DNA from: Candidatus Wolfebacteria bacterium GW2011_GWE2_44_13 | GTDB taxonomy: Bacteria > Patescibacteriota > Minisyncoccia > UBA6257 > UBA9933 | DNA length: 64,000 nucleotides | Reading direction: 5' to 3' | Assembly: GCA_001000675.1 (NCBI GenBank) | Contig: LCHW01000002.1 | Coordinates: 5,310-69,309 of the forward strand | In this document: positions 17,354-26,109 of the stretch, piece after piece | How the letters are laid out: each line of letters starts with the position of its first letter | Numbering within the stretch: the first letter of the stretch is position 1 | Program-made: the position numbers and the translations under genes | The notes under the pieces: model-generated | Databases searched by the model: none | Told to the model about the DNA's origin: nothing | The model's input: the letters and a program-made list of their open reading frames with translations, nothing else

Positions 17354-17877
17354 TTTTAATAAACACCGGCAATGGAAAGGGGAAAACAACCGCAGCATTG
17401 GGGGTTGCATTGCGCGCACTGGGCTACGGGAAGCGCGTTGCGATGATCCAGTTTATTAAAGGGACATGGGAAAGTGGAGAAGATATTTTTGGAAAAGAGT
17501 GTGACATAAAAAGCGATAATTTTTTAGTTATCAAAACAGGAAAAGGATTTGTGGGGTTGCCTGGGGACATACTTCCATTCGAAGAACATAAAAAAGCAGC
17601 GGAAGAAGGATTACGAAAGGCAGAAGAATTGCTGATGTCAAAAAAATACGATCTCGTTATCCTTGATGAAATAAATAACACAGTAGATTTAAAATTGATT
17701 ACCGAAAAAAGTGTAATCGATATACTTGAGAAACTGCCGGAAGATATTGATGTGATTCTAACGGGTCGCAACGCGCCAGAAAGTTTTATTACGCTTGCCG
17801 ATACAGTGACGGAAATGGAAGAAGTGAAGCACGCTTTTGCGAAAGGGATAAAAGCAAAAAAAGGGATAGATTTTTAA
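17350..17877 (+). CDS. cobO: cob(I)yrinic acid a,c-diamide adenosyltransferase
   Basis: [38 protein letters not shown] P-loop start, characteristic of CobA/CobO/BtuR. Confidence 0.85.
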   Translation: [175 protein letters not shown]

Positions 17878-17886
17878 ATGAGAATT

Positions 17887-17946
17887 GTCATTCCCGCGGA
17901 GGCGGGAATCCAGAACTTTATAGATTCCCGCCTCCGCGGGAATGAC
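17887..17946. repeat. REP/MITE-like palindromic element copy C (full, 60 bp)
   Basis: GTCATTCCCGCGGAGGCGGGAATCCAG-aactttata-GATTCCCGCCTCCGCGGGAATGAC. Arms are perfectly complementary. Confidence 0.9.
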
Positions 17947-17993
17947 AGATATAGTTATGTTTTTTACTTTAGTAACCACATCTCGCATCTAAT

Positions 17994-19484
17994 ATGCGTA
18001 TCCACGAATCCGTATTCTGGGGAATCGTGTTTTTTCTTGTTGGTACTTTTCTTGCACCCTCAATGCGGCTTATCGGAATAACTATTTTAGTGGGAGTCTT
18101 CGCGCTTGCGCTAGGATTATTTGCATATCGAAAAAAGAATAAGCGCATGCTGTGGTTCGCGATACTTGCAACGGGCACTATTTTCGGTGCAATGTATTGG
18201 ACTGGGTTTAATGTATATCAAAAAAATAAAATAATTGAGTTGATTGGGGATAAAGGCGCAATAGAGGGGCATGTAAAATCGGTAAAGCGAAATGAAAAAA
18301 GCCAACAGCTTATTATAAGCATCGACGCACAAAACAACGGAAAAGTTTCAGTCACCGCTCGGCCATATCCAGTGTTGCGCTACGGAGATGCAGTACGTGT
18401 TAACGGAATAGTAAAAAGGCCGAGCGAAAAAGAGAAAATGTATGCATTGAAAAACGGAGTGTTTGCGACGATGCAATTTCCCGAAGTGCAGATACTAAAG
18501 CAGGGTGATGGCAATGCAATAATGATGTGGCTATTGGGCGTAAAACAAAAAGCAGTTACAACATACGGGCGACTATTGCCCACAAAAGAAGCTGCGCTGT
18601 TGGCAGGTATTACGCTTGGCGAGCGCGCAGAGTTTAGTGTGGAGTTTAAACAGCAGATGGCAAATAGCGGAACAACGCACCTTGTCGCACTGTCGGGATA
18701 TAACATAAGTGTGGTTGCAGGAGCGGTATTGCTCATATGTGGGCTTATATTGCGCCGCAGGGCGGCGTTTTATGCAACATTGGTAGTAGTTGTGGCTTTT
18801 GTCGTTATGGCGGGCGCTGAAGCGTCTGTGGTCCGTGCAGCAATTATGGGAAGTATTGTGTTGTTAGCTGGATATATCGGACAGGCGCACAGCATGCGAA
18901 ATGCAATTGCGGTAAGCGCCTGCGCGATGGTGCTGTGGAATCCGAATGTCTTGCGGTATGATCTTGGGTTTCAACTTTCCTTTCTCGCACTTTTGGGAAT
19001 TGTATATCTAAAGCCACATCTCGATGCAATTATTAAAAATAAAAAAGCTGGCATTCTTGAATGGCGTGAAAATCTTTCAGGGACATTGTCCGCGCAGATA
19101 ATGGTGTTTCCAATATTAATGCATGCAATTGGATCGTTCTCACTTGTATCGCTACTTTCTAATATAGTAATCCTCGCCTTTATTCCTGTGACAATGGGGC
19201 TCGGATTTGCAATCGCAGGGCTCGGATTTTTTGCGAGTTCATTAGCATTTATTCCCGCATGGATTGTTTCGTTATTATTGCAGTATGAGATTGCGGTGAT
19301 AGAACTATTCGGAAATTATGAGGGCTTATCAATACCCATGAATCCGATTTGGATATTTGTATACTATATAATGGTTGGAGGAATACTATCCTATTTGCAG
19401 AAGCGGAAAAAGGAGGTAGCGCTATGTCATTCCCGCGGAGGCGGGAATCCAGTACAACCGTCTGCCGAAGGCGGTATAAAATGA
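17994..19484 (+). CDS. comEC: ComEC/Rec2 competence channel domain (N-terminal part of a split comEC)
   Basis: 496 aa polytopic membrane protein with ComEC competence-domain signatures (TTHLVALSGYNISVVAGAVLL...). The last about 20 codons are encoded by a REP half copy. Confidence 0.8.
   Translation: MRIHESVFWGIVFFLVGTFLAPSMRLIGITILVGVFALALGLFAYRKKNKRMLWFAILATGTIFGAMYWTGFNVYQKNKIIELIGDKGAIEGHVKSVKRNEKSQQLIISIDAQNNGKVSVTARPYPVLRYGDAVRVNGIVKRPSEKEKMYALKNGVFATMQFPEVQILKQGDGNAIMMWLLGVKQKAVTTYGRLLPTKEAALLAGITLGERAEFSVEFKQQMANSGTTHLVALSGYNISVVAGAVLLICGLILRRRAAFYATLVVVVAFVVMAGAEASVVRAAIMGSIVLLAGYIGQAHSMRNAIAVSACAMVLWNPNVLRYDLGFQLSFLALLGIVYLKPHLDAIIKNKKAGILEWRENLSGTLSAQIMVFPILMHAIGSFSLVSLLSNIVILAFIPVTMGLGFAIAGLGFFASSLAFIPAWIVSLLLQYEIAVIELFGNYEGLSIPMNPIWIFVYYIMVGGILSYLQKRKKEVALCHSRGGGNPVQPSAEGGIK
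19426..19452. repeat. REP-like element half copy D, inside the 3' end of the comEC N-part
   Basis: GTCATTCCCGCGGAGGCGGGAATCCAG, left arm only. Confidence 0.75.
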
Positions 19485-19485
19485 T

Positions 19486-20337
19486 ATGAAAAAACATTTC
19501 ACGATAATAATCTTCATACTCGTTGTCCTCGACCTCGTCGCCTGGGGGAGTATTTTATTCGACGAATTCGGCAAACAACTTGAACTCTATTTTTTTGATG
19601 TCGGGCAAGGAGATAGCGAAATGATTGTTATGCCAGGGAATGTAAAGTTGCTTATGGATGGAGGGCCGGATAATAGCAAGGCAGTGCAGCAACTAGACGC
19701 AGTTGTCCCGTGGCACGATCGATATATCGATATGGTTATGATTTCACATGCAGAGCTCGATCATTTTGGCGGGCTACTTGATGTACTTGAGCGATATGAA
19801 GTCGGAGTATTTATATACAATGGTGAAGGAAGCGATTCGGAAAGTTTTAAGGAGCTAGCGCGAGTCATAAAGGAACAAAAAATTCCCGTAGTTATTATGG
19901 AAGAGGGCGATAGTATTAGTTATTCGAACAACATACTTAAAATACTTTCGGAGAATAGTGATGCAAATAAAGGTGATAAAAATGAATCAGCAATCGTGGC
20001 AAAGTTTGAGGGTGGGGGAATATCGACCCTATTTACAGGAGACATAGGGAAGCCTACTGAACAATGGCTTACGCAAAATAAAAACATCCAAGCGGATATT
20101 ATAAAGATCCCACATCACGGATCAAAATTTTCCTCGACGCAAGAATTTTTAAAAGCAGTGCGCCCAAAGGTGGCTGTTATAGAAGTAGGTAAGAATTCGT
20201 ATGGGCACCCAACAAAAGACGTACTCGACCGCATTAAGAATGCGGGCGCACAGCTTTTCCGCACCGACACTGACGGCATGGTAAGGTTGGTAATAGAAAA
20301 CGGAATAATTAAGCAGTACAAGGAGAGGGAGAAGTAA
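19486..20337 (+). CDS. comEC: ComEC C-terminal metallo-beta-lactamase domain, encoded as a separate ORF
   Basis: TM anchor followed by LYFFDVGQGDSEMIV...MISHAELDHFGG...IPHHGS, the ComEC MBL-domain motifs. It starts 2 nt after the upstream stop. Confidence 0.8.
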   Translation: MKKHFTIIIFILVVLDLVAWGSILFDEFGKQLELYFFDVGQGDSEMIVMPGNVKLLMDGGPDNSKAVQQLDAVVPWHDRYIDMVMISHAELDHFGGLLDVLERYEVGVFIYNGEGSDSESFKELARVIKEQKIPVVIMEEGDSISYSNNILKILSENSDANKGDKNESAIVAKFEGGGISTLFTGDIGKPTEQWLTQNKNIQADIIKIPHHGSKFSSTQEFLKAVRPKVAVIEVGKNSYGHPTKDVLDRIKNAGAQLFRTDTDGMVRLVIENGIIKQYKEREK

Positions 20338-20418
20338 AGAGGTTGACAAATAGGGATAATGTGGTATCGTATGTTCAGCAACTATCAACAGGGAGCTACG
20401 AGCTCCCATGGAGGAAAA

Positions 20419-20823
20419 ATGAAAAAGGAACAGCTGGAAAAGATTCTGGTCGCACTGGTTGCGGCACTCATCGCAAACGGCTACATTCGCGTCGACGGCT
20501 TGTGGTGCAAACCGGTTGGGGGTGCTGAGCATATCATCGCCAAGGCGCAGGGCGGCGAGCTCAGGAACCAAAGTAATAACGGCTGGGAGGCATTCGAGCT
20601 CCCCGACGGCAGTGTTTGGCTGCGGGTGGAAGATGTGGGAACGGCACATGCGCACCTGAGTGTACGTGCAGCTGCCGGTCCGCTGGGATTGGCTGGGGGC
20701 TGTCACGTCCCCCTTTCCAACGGCGAGCAGGTGTCGGCGCGGGACATCTTCCGGCGGGTCGTGAATCCTTCGTGGGTTCCCGAGTATCTTATGACGGAGG
20801 CAGCGCGCGCTGCCGGATTCTAA
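20419..20823 (+). CDS. hypothetical protein, GC-rich islet
   Basis: ATG at 20419 follows a GGAGGA RBS. 134 aa with no recognisable domain. GC is about 58%. Confidence 0.4.
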   Translation: MKKEQLEKILVALVAALIANGYIRVDGLWCKPVGGAEHIIAKAQGGELRNQSNNGWEAFELPDGSVWLRVEDVGTAHAHLSVRAAAGPLGLAGGCHVPLSNGEQVSARDIFRRVVNPSWVPEYLMTEAARAAGF

Positions 20824-20876
20824 CGAACACTATTCCTTAAAGAACTGGGCCCAGATTTATCTGGGCTCATTTTTTA

Positions 20877-20942
20877 TCCCCAATGTAACGTCTTGCTTGC
20901 CTTGTCGAAGTTTTTAACGAAGACAGGCGATGTCGCTACATT
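20877..20942 (+). repeat. 65-bp repeat copy 1 (TCCCCAATGTAACGTCTTGCTTGCCTTGTCGAAGTTTTTAACGAAGACAGGCGATGTCGCTACATT), candidate small structured RNA
   Basis: More than 95% identical to the copy at 25943..26007. It has an internal inverted repeat (AATGTAACGTC/GACGTTACATT). A hairpin-T lies immediately upstream (20845..20876) and another downstream (20952..20982). Confidence 0.7.
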
Positions 20943-20951
20943 AGAGTAAAT

Positions 20952-20982
20952 AAAAGTGCCCGTCGTACGACGGGCACTTTTT
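20952..20982. terminator. bidirectional terminator AAAAGTGCCCGTCGtaCGACGGGCACTTTTT (overlaps the trmB1 stop)
   Basis: Perfect GC hairpin flanked by A and T runs. A near-identical hairpin occurs at 25201..25230. Confidence 0.7.
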
Positions 20983-21718
20983 AGTTTGCATCAGGTAAGC
21001 CATCCCACATGATCGAAAAGACCATTTTCATCATAGCGCTAATAGTTTGGCTCTCAATAACTACAGCCCAATGCTCTTTTTCGAATGAAACAATTAATAT
21101 TTTGTCGCCATAGATCTCAATATCGGTAACAAAATGTTTGCCCGATGGGAGTAGTTTAGTTTGGCGCAGAGATGTAGCATCGGAAGAGGTTATCTCCGAA
21201 GAAGATAATGCATTGCTGATAATAGCTCGATTCGCGATGCCTTTTTCAACTCTCTTACGTATATAGTTCACTATCCATTCGCGGCCTAAAAATAGCGATC
21301 CGCTTTCGTAAGAGGCAATACTCAGAATTTCCTTATGCGTCCCTTCGATTGTACTGCTATATACACTACGCACCTCCTCGAGCGTTTCATAGAAGCGAAT
21401 TTTTGGTTTACCAAGTTCCGCATTAGATATACCGCGCAACTCGGGCAATATCTTCTCTAAGAGTGTTCGTTGGCGTTCAATAAGAGATCCAAGCGTCTCG
21501 GGGCTTGCTGCTATAAAAAGGCGCTTCTTTCCCTTTACGGTTTCCGTAAAAAGGTTTCGGGTTTTAAGATCCGAAATAATGCCATAAATAGTGCTGCGCT
21601 TGATGCCGGATTTTTTTGCAATATCTTGAATAGCGCAAGGGCCGAGTTCAAGGGAAGCTAGGTAAATACTGGCTTCTTTGTCATCCAAGCCGAGTTGTAA
21701 TAAGGATTCTTTAAGCAT
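20981..21718 (-). CDS. TrmB-family transcriptional regulator 1
   Basis: N-terminal wHTH LLQLGLDDKEASIYLASLELGPCAIQDIAKKSGIKRSTIYGIISDL plus a TrmB-like C-terminal domain. It is divergent from SBP1. Confidence 0.75.
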   Translation of the reverse strand: MLKESLLQLGLDDKEASIYLASLELGPCAIQDIAKKSGIKRSTIYGIISDLKTRNLFTETVKGKKRLFIAASPETLGSLIERQRTLLEKILPELRGISNAELGKPKIRFYETLEEVRSVYSSTIEGTHKEILSIASYESGSLFLGREWIVNYIRKRVEKGIANRAIISNALSSSEITSSDATSLRQTKLLPSGKHFVTDIEIYGDKILIVSFEKEHWAVVIESQTISAMMKMVFSIMWDGLPDAN

Positions 21719-21728
21719 ATGTATAAAA

Positions 21729-21745
21729 TGTCGATGTTTTCGACA
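21729..21745. promoter_or_regulatory. candidate TrmB1 operator TGTCGA-N6-CGACA, 10 bp upstream of the trmB1 start codon
   Basis: Inverted repeat embedded in AAATGT...ACATTT. Analogous palindromes with different core bases precede the other trmB genes. Confidence 0.45.
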
Positions 21746-21814
21746 ACATTTATATCATAATGTATCAGTGTTATAAAGTCAATATAGAAATAATATAAAA
21801 TTATGCCGAAACTA

Positions 21815-21842
21815 TTGACAAACATAAAACATATGCTACTAT
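21815..21842 (+). promoter_or_regulatory. putative sigma70-like promoter for SBP1 (TTGACA-16-TACTAT)
   Basis: A conserved AAACTATTGACAAA motif recurs upstream of several SBP genes (23907, about 36165). Confidence 0.45.
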
Positions 21843-21896
21843 GCAATTAAAGTAAAAAGTAGTCAATTTTTACAAAAATAAAGCAATATAAAAACA

Positions 21897-23021
21897 GTGA
21901 ATAAAATAACAAAAATAGTTTTAGTAGTTGGGGTAGTCGTTCTCGCGGTTGTCGGAGGATATACCGTGTATAATAAGCAGGGCGGAAGTGGTGAGCAAGG
22001 AATAATTATTGGCTCGGTACTGCCATTAACTGGGGATCTTGCTGCATACGGGGAGGGTTCGAGGAATGCTGCCATAATGGCAATAGAAGACGCAGGCATG
22101 AAGGAGAGGGTTAGGTTTATCGTAGAAGATGATAAAGGGTGCGACCCAGTGCTTGGAGTCGGAGCAGTGCAAAAATTAATTACTATAGACAAGGTGAGTG
22201 CGATATATGGACCGCTTTGCTCATCAGAAGCCCTTTCGGTGCTACCAATAACTGAAGCGGCCGGGATACCCGTTGTTTTATCGGGAGCCTCGTCAAAGAC
22301 ATTGACGGGGGCGGGTAACTACGTATTTAGGACTATAGCGTCTGATTCGGTGCGCGCCTACGCAGTTGCTAATTATGCATATGTAAAAGGGTTTAGAAAG
22401 GCGGCGTTCGTATTCGATAATAGTCAGGATGCAATAATTCAAGGGAAGAATGATGCCCAAGAAACCTTCGTGGGGGCAGGAGGAGAATCAGTGTCAGAAG
22501 AATCATTTGGAGGAAAGGATGTTGATTTCAAAGCACAGCTAAGCAAGATAAAGAGCTCGGGCGCAGATGTAGTGTTCGTTGGCGCTTTTCCTAAAACGTT
22601 GGCGCTTATCATAAAACAAGCGCGCGAGATGAAAATGAGCACACAATTTATCTCATTCGATGCGTCTGTGGATGTAAAAGAATTTTTCGTAATCGGAGGA
22701 AGCAATGTCGAGGGCGTTATTGCTCCTGCAATGGTAAAGCCGAATACGGAAGAAGCAAAGTCATTTGAAACGCGGTATAAAGCACGCTTCGGGGTAGATG
22801 CAACTATTTATGCAGCAGAGGGATATGATGCCATGGCGCTATTGCTCAAGGCAATCCAAAAGGAAGGATTGAGGGGTGATCAAATTAAAGCAGGATTACT
22901 AAAAATTGGTAATAATTACCAAGGAGCAAGCGGAATCATTACTTTTGACAGCAAAGGGGATGTTGTAAAACCGGCAGTTGTGAAGGTTGTAAAGAACGGA
23001 GTATTTGAAGAAGTAAAATAA
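21897..23021 (+). CDS. LivK-type (Peripla_BP_6) ABC substrate-binding protein 1, TM-anchored
   Basis: GTG start. TM anchor followed by GIIIGSVLPLTGDLAAYGEGSRNAAIMAIED...KGCDP...YGPLCSSEA. About 80% identical to SBP4. Confidence 0.85.
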   Translation: MNKITKIVLVVGVVVLAVVGGYTVYNKQGGSGEQGIIIGSVLPLTGDLAAYGEGSRNAAIMAIEDAGMKERVRFIVEDDKGCDPVLGVGAVQKLITIDKVSAIYGPLCSSEALSVLPITEAAGIPVVLSGASSKTLTGAGNYVFRTIASDSVRAYAVANYAYVKGFRKAAFVFDNSQDAIIQGKNDAQETFVGAGGESVSEESFGGKDVDFKAQLSKIKSSGADVVFVGAFPKTLALIIKQAREMKMSTQFISFDASVDVKEFFVIGGSNVEGVIAPAMVKPNTEEAKSFETRYKARFGVDATIYAAEGYDAMALLLKAIQKEGLRGDQIKAGLLKIGNNYQGASGIITFDSKGDVVKPAVVKVVKNGVFEEVK

Positions 23022-23026
23022 AATCT

Positions 23027-23077
23027 AAAACACCCCTGTTCGTCCGCCGATTGGCGGACGAACAGGGGTGTTTTTTT
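23027..23077. terminator. bidirectional terminator AAAACACCCCTGTTCGTCCGCCGAttGGCGGACGAACAGGGGTGTTTTTTT
   Basis: A 20-bp stem between the convergent SBP1 and trmB2 stops. Confidence 0.75.
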
Positions 23078-23810
23078 AATCTAACCGTTCCCACATAAAA
23101 TTGAAAAATATTTTAAGAGTGCTGATAATTGTCTCACTCTCGATAACAAGCGCCCATTTTTCTTTTTTCAATGATGTGATGAAGATTTTATTCGTACTAG
23201 GGTAGATCTCGATATTTGCCCAAAAAGGATTTTCTCCGGGGAAGATTCGCATTTCTCGGAACTCTTCCTTGTTTCTGGAATACACATCGCGAGAGGAGGC
23301 ATGTTCGTTCGCGATAACTTTGATAGGAATTTTTTTAGAGAGCCTTTTGGAAACGTATTCTTGTGTCCAGTCCCAGCCCATTACCTGAGTGAATTCATCG
23401 ATGTCGAGGAAGGCAAATATTTCTTTTGGGCCTTCATCAAGCAAGGAAAGGTGAATTTGTTTAATTTCTGGAAGTGTCTCAAAAAATCGTATCTTCGGCC
23501 TACCTGCTTCAATGTTAAACAAACCCTTTAGCTCCGGCATAATCTTGTCTAAGGCAGCCTGTTGGCGGACAAGAAGTCCCTTAAGCTCTTCCGGATCAGT
23601 AGCTACAAAAAGACGCTTTCGGCCACTAATAGTTTCTGAGATAAGGTTTTTGGATTTTAACTCGGAAAGGAACGTGTAGATAGTGCTTCTATTTACCCCT
23701 GACTTTTTGGAAATGTTTTGAATAGAAGAAGGGCCGAGCGACAAAGCGGCGAGGTAAATACTCGCTTCTTTTTCGTCGAGGCCTAATTGTAATAAGGTTT
23801 TTTCGAGCAT
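23076..23810 (-). CDS. TrmB-family transcriptional regulator 2
   Basis: MLEKTLLQLGLDEKEASIYLAALSLGPSSIQNISKKSGVNRSTIY...; about 55% identical to TrmB1. Confidence 0.75.
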   Translation of the reverse strand: MLEKTLLQLGLDEKEASIYLAALSLGPSSIQNISKKSGVNRSTIYTFLSELKSKNLISETISGRKRLFVATDPEELKGLLVRQQAALDKIMPELKGLFNIEAGRPKIRFFETLPEIKQIHLSLLDEGPKEIFAFLDIDEFTQVMGWDWTQEYVSKRLSKKIPIKVIANEHASSRDVYSRNKEEFREMRIFPGENPFWANIEIYPSTNKIFITSLKKEKWALVIESETIISTLKIFFNFMWERLD

Positions 23811-23820
23811 AGGTATAAAA

Positions 23821-23840
23821 TGTTGATATTTATAACAACA
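23821..23840. promoter_or_regulatory. candidate TrmB2 operator TGTTGATA-N4-TAACAACA
   Basis: Imperfect palindrome immediately upstream of the trmB2 start. It shares the TATAAAATGTYGAT context with the trmB1 site. Confidence 0.4.
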
Positions 23841-23975
23841 ATTTAAGTATACATAAGTATATATAGAGCTGTCAATACGTATCTAAAAATAAAACTGTTG
23901 AAACTATTGACAAATATAGAAACAGGGGATAAAATGACATAAAAATCAAAAGTCGTCAAAAAAGAGGACGAGCAA

Positions 23976-25169
23976 ATGGAATATGTATATGGGTGGCTGG
24001 TTAAATTGCAATCAACGAAGCCGCTCACATATTGGTCCAGTTCACTATGTCCTCCTAATGTGCATACTACAATAAAAAATATAATAGGTATAGGTATTGT
24101 CGTTGGGGTTGTTTTGGGCGGTATTGGTTTGTATAAAAACAGCCAAGGAAATTCAGGAGAGGTGGTTAAAATCGGGGTAGCGCTTCCATTAACCGGAGAA
24201 AACAGTATCTACGGAGAATCGGGAAAACGAGGAGCTGAGCTTGCGGCTGAAAAGGCAAATAAGGAAAATAGCACAAAGATTGAGCTTGTGTTTGAGGACG
24301 ATCAAATGGACCCAAAACGAACGGTCTCTGTGGTGCAAAAAATGCTAACAGTCGATAAGGTGAGCGGGCTTGTTTCGATGAGTAGCGGCCAAGCATTGGC
24401 AGCTTGTCCTTTAGCAGAGCAGGCTAAAGTAATCGCTGTGACTACAGGAAGTGCTCCGTCCATTTCGAATTGCGGAGAATACACATTTCGCATGTTTCCT
24501 TCTGATATAAATCAGGCAAAAGAAATGGCTAAGCTTCTCACGGGGAAAGGATTTAAACGGGTTGCTGTCATCTATATCAATAATGATTACGGGAAAGGTC
24601 TTGTCGAGGAGTTTAAAAAAGAATTCCAAGGAGACATTGTGGCAATCGAATCTCATGGTGCTAAAGAATCAAATTTCAGAAGTCAGCTGGCAAAAATAAA
24701 AGGAGCAAATCCTGATGTAATAGTTGCCTTCTCGTATATTCCCGAAGGGTACAGCTTGTTGAAGCAAAAAATAGAGATGCGCATGGCTCAGCCAATATTT
24801 ACTTCCGAAGGATTTAAAGACGAGAGCTTATTTGCAAATGTGGCGACAAAAGCACTGGAAAGTCTGCGTATTATTTTTGTAGCGCAGTTTAGCGGAAAGG
24901 AAACGCAAACGTATAAAGCGCGGCATGTAGAAAAATACGGGCAAGACCCGGGGATCTATTCCGATTTTATATACGATGGCGTTTTAGCAATAGCCGCTGC
25001 TATGCAAGAGTGTGCGAGCGATGATCGCGGGTGTATAAAAGATGCAATGTATCGAACAAATTTTGAAGGAGCTACTGGAATAATTAGTTTCGATGCGAAC
25101 GGCGATATAAAAGATAAGCCCTACCAGCTATATAAAGTTGAAAATGGAAAATTTGTAGAGGCTCAATAA
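23976..25169 (+). CDS. LivK-type substrate-binding protein 2
   Basis: ATG after an AAGAGGA RBS. TM anchor followed by VKIGVALPLTGENSIYGESGKRGAELAAE... (Peripla_BP_6). Confidence 0.85.
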   Translation: MEYVYGWLVKLQSTKPLTYWSSSLCPPNVHTTIKNIIGIGIVVGVVLGGIGLYKNSQGNSGEVVKIGVALPLTGENSIYGESGKRGAELAAEKANKENSTKIELVFEDDQMDPKRTVSVVQKMLTVDKVSGLVSMSSGQALAACPLAEQAKVIAVTTGSAPSISNCGEYTFRMFPSDINQAKEMAKLLTGKGFKRVAVIYINNDYGKGLVEEFKKEFQGDIVAIESHGAKESNFRSQLAKIKGANPDVIVAFSYIPEGYSLLKQKIEMRMAQPIFTSEGFKDESLFANVATKALESLRIIFVAQFSGKETQTYKARHVEKYGQDPGIYSDFIYDGVLAIAAAMQECASDDRGCIKDAMYRTNFEGATGIISFDANGDIKDKPYQLYKVENGKFVEAQ

Positions 25170-25200
25170 CTCATATAACAATTTGCGATGTTGTTGTAAT

Positions 25201-25230
25201 AAAAGTGCCCGTCGAACGACGGGCATTTTG
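25201..25230. terminator. terminator AAAAGTGCCCGTCGaaCGACGGGCATTTTG
   Basis: Near-duplicate of the hairpin at 20952. Confidence 0.65.
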
Positions 25231-25235
25231 CACAA

Positions 25236-25823
25236 TCAGGATAGCTCGATGCGAAACATCAGAGCGAGTAATATACCGACAAGGATGCATGCACGTATTG
25301 CATAAACAGGTGCAAGCGGGTCTACTCGCCGGTTTCTCCACGACATACAGAGAGCGATAGACGATGTTACGAGGGCAGTCCCCCACAGGACAAAGGACTC
25401 AGAATTCTGCGTAGCGGACCACAAAGACCTGATCATCGGAAAGTATCCTACAATCATAAGCCCTTGTAGAAGTAGGTTTGCCGTAGTGTGACCAGCAAAC
25501 ATCCAAATAACGACGATACCGCCAGCTGAGAAAAGGCAGTATTGGTCGAACGTGCTAAGCTCGAGTCGACTTCCTTGGAGTGTAAGTACGACGATGACAG
25601 CAAGGGTTGCAAGCACATCGGCAATATTTGCCAAGTTATTGGTTGCGTTATGTTTGCCGGCCGAGGCGAAGTACGACACAAGACTCAGGATTGATCCAAT
25701 AAGGAAGATTACCCATGAAGCAAGTCTTGGCTGCACGACGCCAGATAGCACTTGCTGGCAGTAGATAAACATTGTTACTGCGGACAAGGCAGTAAATAGT
25801 ACGACTAACAAAGCGCGCCGCAT
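25236..25823 (-). CDS. polytopic membrane protein, hypothetical (moderately GC-rich)
   Basis: 195 aa with about 6 predicted TM helices. No family assignment. Confidence 0.45.
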   Translation of the reverse strand: MRRALLVVLFTALSAVTMFIYCQQVLSGVVQPRLASWVIFLIGSILSLVSYFASAGKHNATNNLANIADVLATLAVIVVLTLQGSRLELSTFDQYCLFSAGGIVVIWMFAGHTTANLLLQGLMIVGYFPMIRSLWSATQNSESFVLWGTALVTSSIALCMSWRNRRVDPLAPVYAIRACILVGILLALMFRIELS

Positions 25824-25942
25824 GGGGCCTCCTTTTGCGAGAGTAAGATAGTAAGAACTGAATGTAATATGAAATATTTTTTAACAAGTGTCAAATAAAT
25901 TAATAAAAATAAGCCTCGATGCAATCGGGGCTTATTTTTTAT

Positions 25943-26007
25943 TCCCAATGTAACGTCTTGCTTGCCTTGTCGAAGTTTTTAACGAAGACAGGCGATGACG
26001 TTACATT
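25943..26007 (+). repeat. 65-bp repeat copy 2, candidate sRNA or leader element 82 bp upstream of SBP3
   Basis: 63 of 65 positions identical to copy 1. The internal 11-bp inverted repeat is perfect here. Flanked by hairpin-T structures at 25903..25940 and 26018..26052. Confidence 0.7.
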
Positions 26008-26109
26008 CTCTGTATTTCAAGGGCAGTATCCGCACTGCCCTTGTGTTTTTTTGCCAGAACTTTACAATTAAGCTAATTAATTAAGATATTGCAAAACAGT
26101 ATTTATTGT

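Noticed and set aside
17758-18081. ORFs 17878..18081(+) and 17758..17988(-), and similar short ORFs at 19249..19497 and 15063..15464, encoding peptides like VIPAEAGIQ / DSRLRGND / SFPRRRE
   Set aside because: These are translations of the REP/MITE-like palindromic element, a well-known class of annotation artefact. They have no RBS and no coding signal beyond the repeat.
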